Assembly (NCBI GenBank): GCA_963666425.2
Contig: OY762825.2
Coordinates: forward strand, 2,144,001-2,208,000
Source: Bacillota bacterium
GTDB taxonomy: Bacteria > Bacillota > JAAYKD01
Length of the DNA: 64,000 nt
Direction of reading: 5' to 3'
The notes below the pieces were generated by a model. That model worked only from the letters and a program-made list of their open reading frames with translations, did no database searches and had not been told where the DNA came from. A program made the position numbers and the translations under genes. Below are positions 59,259 to 64,000 of this stretch, in pieces (the stretch's first letter is position 1; the number at the start of each line of letters is the position of its first letter).

Positions 59259-59885
59259 ATGAAAAAAGCAATCATTGGTAAGAAACTAGGTATGACTCAG
59301 ATTTTCTTGGATAATGGTCAAGTCGTTCCTGTTACCGTTGTAGAAGCCGGCCCCTGTGTGGTCGTGCAGAAGAAAACGGTGGAGAACGATGGCTATTCCG
59401 CTATTCAAATCGGTTTTGGCGAAATCGCCGAACGGAAAGTGAATAAGCCGGAAACAGGCCATTTCAAAAAAAGTAATCTTGCACCCAGACGTGTTTTAAA
59501 AGAACTGCGTTTGGAGAATGCACAGGATTATGAAGTGGGTCAATCTCTCACTTGCGATCTTTTCGCAGTAAATGAGTTCATTGATGTCAGCGGGATCAGC
59601 AAAGGTCATGGTTTTACAGGCAGCATTAAGCGCTGGAATCATCATCGCGGCAAAATGACTCATGGTTCCAAATTTCACAGGGCTCCCGGTACTTTAGCAG
59701 CTCGTGCAGCAGCACGTGTGCCAAAGGGTCGTAAGATGCCCGGACATTACGGCGTTGACAACACGACGATTCTCAATTTGAGAGTTGTTCGCGTGATTGC
59801 CGATCGTAATTTGTTGTTAGTCAGAGGCTCCGTACCCGGTCAGGTAGGTTGCCTTTTGACCATCAAGAACGCTGCTAAAAAGTAG
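59259..59885 (+). CDS. rplC: 50S ribosomal protein L3
   Basis: [19 protein letters not shown]. Confidence 0.99.
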   Translation: MKKAIIGKKLGMTQIFLDNGQVVPVTVVEAGPCVVVQKKTVENDGYSAIQIGFGEIAERKVNKPETGHFKKSNLAPRRVLKELRLENAQDYEVGQSLTCDLFAVNEFIDVSGISKGHGFTGSIKRWNHHRGKMTHGSKFHRAPGTLAARAAARVPKGRKMPGHYGVDNTTILNLRVVRVIADRNLLLVRGSVPGQVGCLLTIKNAAKK

Positions 59886-59915
59886 CGGGATGATGACAGG
59901 AAAGGAGGATAGGCT

Positions 59916-60539
59916 ATGCCTCAAGTAGCTGTATACAATACCCTGGGAGAAAAAGTTGGCGAAATGAGCTTGTGTGAATCGCTTTTCGCAACTGAAGTCA
60001 GCGAGCCGAGCCTGCATCAAGCCGTTGTTGCTTATTTAGCTGCACAAAGACAGGGTACCCATTCCACACTGCTCCGTTCGGAAGTCCGCGGTGGTGGTAA
60101 AAAACCTTGGCGTCAAAAGGGAACCGGTCATGCCAGAGCTGGCTCCAGCCGTTCACCGATTTGGCGTAAGGGCGGCGTTGCTTTCGGACCAAAACCGAGA
60201 GACTACCGCATTAAAATGCACAAAAATGTAAAACGGATCGCCATGCGTTCTGCTTTTACCAGTAAAGTCAATGATCAGGATCTGATCATCTTAGAAAATC
60301 TGGATATGACTTCGCCGAAAACCAAAGAAATGGTCACCTTATTAAAAAACCTTAAGATTGATCGCAAAGCTTTGTTCATTACGGCGGGTCCTGAAAAAAA
60401 TGTTTACCTCTCCGCAAGAAACCTTCCCGGTATCAGCGTAACTTTTTCCGGCAGTGTGAATGTTTATGACATTCTGCTCCATGATAAGCTGATCATCGTG
60501 AAAGATGCGGTCGGTAAGTTAGAGGAGGTATTTGCGTAA
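59916..60539 (+). CDS. rplD: 50S ribosomal protein L4
   Basis: [15 protein letters not shown]. Confidence 0.99.
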   Translation: MPQVAVYNTLGEKVGEMSLCESLFATEVSEPSLHQAVVAYLAAQRQGTHSTLLRSEVRGGGKKPWRQKGTGHARAGSSRSPIWRKGGVAFGPKPRDYRIKMHKNVKRIAMRSAFTSKVNDQDLIILENLDMTSPKTKEMVTLLKNLKIDRKALFITAGPEKNVYLSARNLPGISVTFSGSVNVYDILLHDKLIIVKDAVGKLEEVFA

Positions 60540-60829
60540 TGCGTGAACCTCATGAAGTTCTGGTAAAGCCCATTATCACTGAAAAAACCAGTGCAATGAT
60601 GGCTAGCAAAAAATATGTTTTCAAGGTACATCCGGATGCCAACAAAATCGAAATCAAATATGCAGTGGAAAAGGTTTTCGAAGTTCAGGTAGCCGATGTC
60701 AATACGATGCATGTTAAAGGCAAAAAGAAACGGGTCGGAGCACATTTCGGTTACACTTCCGATTGGAAGAAAGCCATTGTTACTTTGACCAAAGATTCCA
60801 AGACTATCGGCTTCTTCGATGGGCTATAA
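60539..60829 (+). CDS. rplW: 50S ribosomal protein L23
   Basis: [21 protein letters not shown]. Confidence 0.98.
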   Translation: MREPHEVLVKPIITEKTSAMMASKKYVFKVHPDANKIEIKYAVEKVFEVQVADVNTMHVKGKKKRVGAHFGYTSDWKKAIVTLTKDSKTIGFFDGL

Positions 60830-60844
60830 GGAGGAGGATGACAA

Positions 60845-61672
60845 ATGGCTGTAAAAACATACAAACCAACCTCTCCGGCCCGCCGTGCAATGACAGGTTA
60901 CTCTTTTGACGAAATCACTCGCACAACCCCGGAGAAGTCTTTGCTGGCTCCTTTGATCAGTCGCGGCGGCCGCAACAATCACGGCCACTTAACGGTTCGT
61001 CATCAAGGCGGCGGCGTCAAACGGATGTATCGCTTGATTGACTTTAAACGCATCAAAGACGATATTCCTGCCAAAGTATTCAGTATTGAATATGATCCCA
61101 ATCGTACTGCCCGTATCGCCCTGATCTGCTATGCGGATGGCGAGAAGAGCTATATTCTGGCTCCTGTTGGTTTGAAGGTTGGCGACACCGTTATTTCCGG
61201 TGAAAACGTTGATATCAAACCCGGCAATGCATTACCTTTAAGAAAAATTCCCGTTGGCACTTTGATTCACAATATCGAATTAAAAATCGGTAAAGGTGGT
61301 CAATTGGTGCGCTCCGCCGGTGTATCTGCTCAGTTGATGGCGAAGGAATCGGAATACGTTCACGTTCGCCTTCCCTCCAACGAAATGCGCCTGATCCATG
61401 GCAACTGCAAAGCTTCCATTGGTGAGGTAGGTAACCTGGAGCATGAAAATGTAAAAATCGGTAAAGCCGGTCGCTCGCGTCATATGGGAATCCGTCCTAC
61501 CGTCCGCGGTGTGGTTATGAATCCTGTGGATCATCCGCATGGTGGTGGTGAAGGCCGTTCTCCTGTTGGCCATAAGAGCCCTATGAGCCCGTGGGGTCAG
61601 AAAACAAACGGTTTCAAGACTCGCAAGAAGAAAGCATCCGATAAGTACATTGTTACAAGACGGAGCAAGTAA
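60845..61672 (+). CDS. rplB: 50S ribosomal protein L2
   Basis: [21 protein letters not shown]. Confidence 0.99.
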   Translation: MAVKTYKPTSPARRAMTGYSFDEITRTTPEKSLLAPLISRGGRNNHGHLTVRHQGGGVKRMYRLIDFKRIKDDIPAKVFSIEYDPNRTARIALICYADGEKSYILAPVGLKVGDTVISGENVDIKPGNALPLRKIPVGTLIHNIELKIGKGGQLVRSAGVSAQLMAKESEYVHVRLPSNEMRLIHGNCKASIGEVGNLEHENVKIGKAGRSRHMGIRPTVRGVVMNPVDHPHGGGEGRSPVGHKSPMSPWGQKTNGFKTRKKKASDKYIVTRRSK

Positions 61673-61692
61673 TAGACAAGGGAGGCTAGACA

Positions 61693-61989
61693 ATGTCCAG
61701 ATCCATTAAGAAGGGTCCTTATATTGCCGACCACTTGCTCAAGAAGATCCAGGCAATGAACGCGAATCGTGAGAAAAAAGTTATTAAAACTTGGTCTCGC
61801 GCTTCTACGATTTTCCCGGATATGGTTGGCCATACCATCGCAGTGCATGATGGAAGAAAACATGTACCTGTATATATTTCGGAAGACATGATCGGTCATA
61901 AACTTGGCGAATTCGCTCCCACCCGCACATTCCGCGGACACAGTGGCGGCGCCGAGAAGGCAACCGGTACGAAAAAGGTAGGGGTGTAA
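61693..61989 (+). CDS. rpsS: 30S ribosomal protein S19
   Basis: [18 protein letters not shown]. Confidence 0.99.
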   Translation: MSRSIKKGPYIADHLLKKIQAMNANREKKVIKTWSRASTIFPDMVGHTIAVHDGRKHVPVYISEDMIGHKLGEFAPTRTFRGHSGGAEKATGTKKVGV

Positions 61990-61993
61990 GAAT

Positions 61994-62338
61994 ATGGAGA
62001 GTAAAGAGAGTAAAGCAATTGCTCGTTATATCCGGATAGCCCCCCTGAAAGTCCGTATTGTTATGAACAATATTCGTGGCAAGAGTGTTGACGAAGCTTT
62101 AACGATTTTGCGTTATACCCCGAAAGCCGCTTCGCCAATCATTGCGAAAGTTGTGAAATCTGCTGTCGCGAATGCGGAAAACAATTTCGATATGGACGGT
62201 TCCCGTCTTTACATCGCTGCTGCATTTGTAGATCAAGGCCCAACGATGAAGCGGGCGCAGCCTCATCAACGTGGTCGTGCGTTTCCTATTTTAAAACGCA
62301 GCAGTCACATCACGATCGTAGTAAAAGAGCGTGCATAG
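61994..62338 (+). CDS. rplV: 50S ribosomal protein L22
   Basis: [19 protein letters not shown]. Confidence 0.98.
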   Translation: MESKESKAIARYIRIAPLKVRIVMNNIRGKSVDEALTILRYTPKAASPIIAKVVKSAVANAENNFDMDGSRLYIAAAFVDQGPTMKRAQPHQRGRAFPILKRSSHITIVVKERA

Positions 62339-62373
62339 CGACGGAGCGCAAGTAAGCAAGGAGGGAAAATAGA

Positions 62374-63042
62374 GTGGGTCAAAAAATTCATCCTTACGGT
62401 CTGCGTCTTGGCATCATTAAGGACTGGGAATCTCGCTGGTTTGCAACTAAAAATTTCTCAGATCTTTTGGTCGAAGACTATAAGCTTCGTAAGTTTCTGA
62501 AAGATAAGCTCTATCAAGCCGGTCTCTCGAAAATTGAAATCGAGCGGACTGCAAACCGGGTCAGTGTGATCCTGTTTACTGCTAAACCTGGTATTGTCAT
62601 CGGCAGAGGCGGTGCGGGTATTGAAGATCTGCGCAAACAACTCGAGACGATGGTCAACAAACCGGTCAATATCAAAGTAAACGAAATCCGTTTTGCCGAA
62701 GGGGATGCCCAATTGGTAGCGGAGAATATTGCGGCTCAATTGGAAAAGAGAATCGGATTCCGCCGTGCCATGAAACAATCGATCATGCGTGCGATGCGGT
62801 CACCCGGAGTCAAAGGCTGTAAAGTCCAATGTTCCGGCCGACTGGGCGGCGCCGAAATTGCCCGGGACGAAAAGTTCCATGAAGGCACCATTCCGCTGCA
62901 TACCCTGAGAGCAGATATCCAATATGGCATAACCGAAGCCAAGACCACCTATGGTCGCATCGGTGTCAAAGTTTGGATTTATAAAGGTCAAGTATTACCG
63001 AAGCCGAAAGTGAGAACTGAAGCTAAGGAAGGGGGCAAATAA
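62374..63042 (+). CDS. rpsC: 30S ribosomal protein S3
   Basis: [26 protein letters not shown]. Confidence 0.99.
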   Translation: MGQKIHPYGLRLGIIKDWESRWFATKNFSDLLVEDYKLRKFLKDKLYQAGLSKIEIERTANRVSVILFTAKPGIVIGRGGAGIEDLRKQLETMVNKPVNIKVNEIRFAEGDAQLVAENIAAQLEKRIGFRRAMKQSIMRAMRSPGVKGCKVQCSGRLGGAEIARDEKFHEGTIPLHTLRADIQYGITEAKTTYGRIGVKVWIYKGQVLPKPKVRTEAKEGGK

Positions 63043-63044
63043 AA

Positions 63045-63479
63045 ATGTTACTCCCCAAACGTGTCAAGTATCGCAAACAACATCGCGGTAAAATGCGTGG
63101 TCTAACCAAGGGTGGTGCAGAATTAAGCGGCGGCGAATTCGGATTGCAAGCTTTAGAAGCCTCCTGGATCAGCGCTCGTCAGATCGAAGCAGCCCGTGTC
63201 GCCATGACTCGTTTTATCAAGCGTGGCGGTAAAGTATGGATCAAGATTTTCCCGGATAAACCGGTTACACAAAAACCGGCTGAAACCCGTATGGGTTCAG
63301 GCAAAGGTGCTCCTGAGTATTGGGTAGCGGTTGTGAAACCCGGCCGTATCATGTTTGAAATCGCCGGTGTGACGGAAGAAACTGCCCGTGAAGCTTTCCG
63401 GTTAGCTGCCCATAAGTTGCCGATCAGAACGAAATTTATTAAACGTGAAGAAGTGGGTGGTGAAATCAATGAAGGTTAA
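63045..63479 (+). CDS. rplP: 50S ribosomal protein L16
   Basis: [20 protein letters not shown]. Confidence 0.99.
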   Translation: MLLPKRVKYRKQHRGKMRGLTKGGAELSGGEFGLQALEASWISARQIEAARVAMTRFIKRGGKVWIKIFPDKPVTQKPAETRMGSGKGAPEYWVAVVKPGRIMFEIAGVTEETAREAFRLAAHKLPIRTKFIKREEVGGEINEG

Positions 63480-63678
63480 TGAATTGCGCAAGCAGATCAG
63501 CGATATGAACGCTACCGAGCTTGAGCAAAAGCTCGCGAGTTTAAAGGCTGAGCTATTTAACCTCCGTTTCCAAATGGCTATGGGGCAGTTGGATAATCCA
63601 ATGCGCATCCGTGAAGTCAGAAAAGCCATTGCCCGCGTCAAAACCCGCATTCGTCAGCGGGAACTCAATATCGGTTAA
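63469..63678 (+). CDS. rpmC: 50S ribosomal protein L29
   Basis: [24 protein letters not shown]. Confidence 0.97.
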   Translation: MKVNELRKQISDMNATELEQKLASLKAELFNLRFQMAMGQLDNPMRIREVRKAIARVKTRIRQRELNIG

Positions 63679-63707
63679 TGGCAGGAAACAAAAAGGAGGA
63701 GCCAAAT

Positions 63708-63965
63708 ATGATTGATCGCGCTCGTCGTAAAATGAAGACCGGTGTGGTTGTCAGTGATAAGATGGATAAAACCATTGTTGTTTCTGTAGAAAGAATGGTA
63801 CAACATCCTCTGTATGGCAAACGCATTCGTCTTACTACGAAATTCAAAGCCCATGATGAAAACAACGAATGCCATGAAGGCGATACGGTGACCATAATGG
63901 AAACAAGACCGCTTTCCAAAGACAAACGCTGGCGGTTGGTTGAAATCGTCGAACGGGCAAAATAA
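63708..63965 (+). CDS. rpsQ: 30S ribosomal protein S17
   Basis: [28 protein letters not shown]; ATG after AAGGAGG. Confidence 0.98.
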   Translation: MIDRARRKMKTGVVVSDKMDKTIVVSVERMVQHPLYGKRIRLTTKFKAHDENNECHEGDTVTIMETRPLSKDKRWRLVEIVERAK

Positions 63966-64000
63966 TCTAAAAGCCCATTGCAGACGAAAGGGGGATGAAA

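Overview
A Bacillota (Clostridia-like, probably anaerobic) chromosomal window with three parts. (1) 1-10.2 kb: the conserved block tyrS (T-box), yacL(PIN/TRAM)-ispF-cysS-mrnC-thyX-rlmB, then a SARP/BTAD regulator and a six-tRNA cluster (Tyr, Gly, Thr, fMet, Thr, fMet). (2) 10.2-38.4 kb: an accessory stretch with a TetR-Rieske oxygenase-CrtI/CrtH-like flavoprotein (fused Fe-S domain)-internally deleted paralog-TspO-like cluster, a diguanylate cyclase, an amidohydrolase, a TetR/ABC-2 exporter, an orphan pilin, an MgtA-like ATPase, a group B-like [FeFe] hydrogenase, an HD protein, DedA, MBOAT/DHHW, a Ca-type ATPase, an EAL phosphodiesterase and an orphan arcA. (3) 38.4-64 kb: thrS (T-box), tuf, rpmG-secE-nusG-rplKA-rplJL-rpoBC, the str operon with a second tuf, and the S10 operon through rpsQ. 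No integrase, transposase or CRISPR array was seen. The best leads are the Rieske/Crt-Fe-S/TspO cluster and two tRNA types that carry a genomic C where U is near-invariant (Gly C33; both fMet copies C55). Also notable are a divergent CysRS and lineage-specific insertions in RNAP beta and beta'. All family assignments come from motif recognition by eye; no database searches were run.
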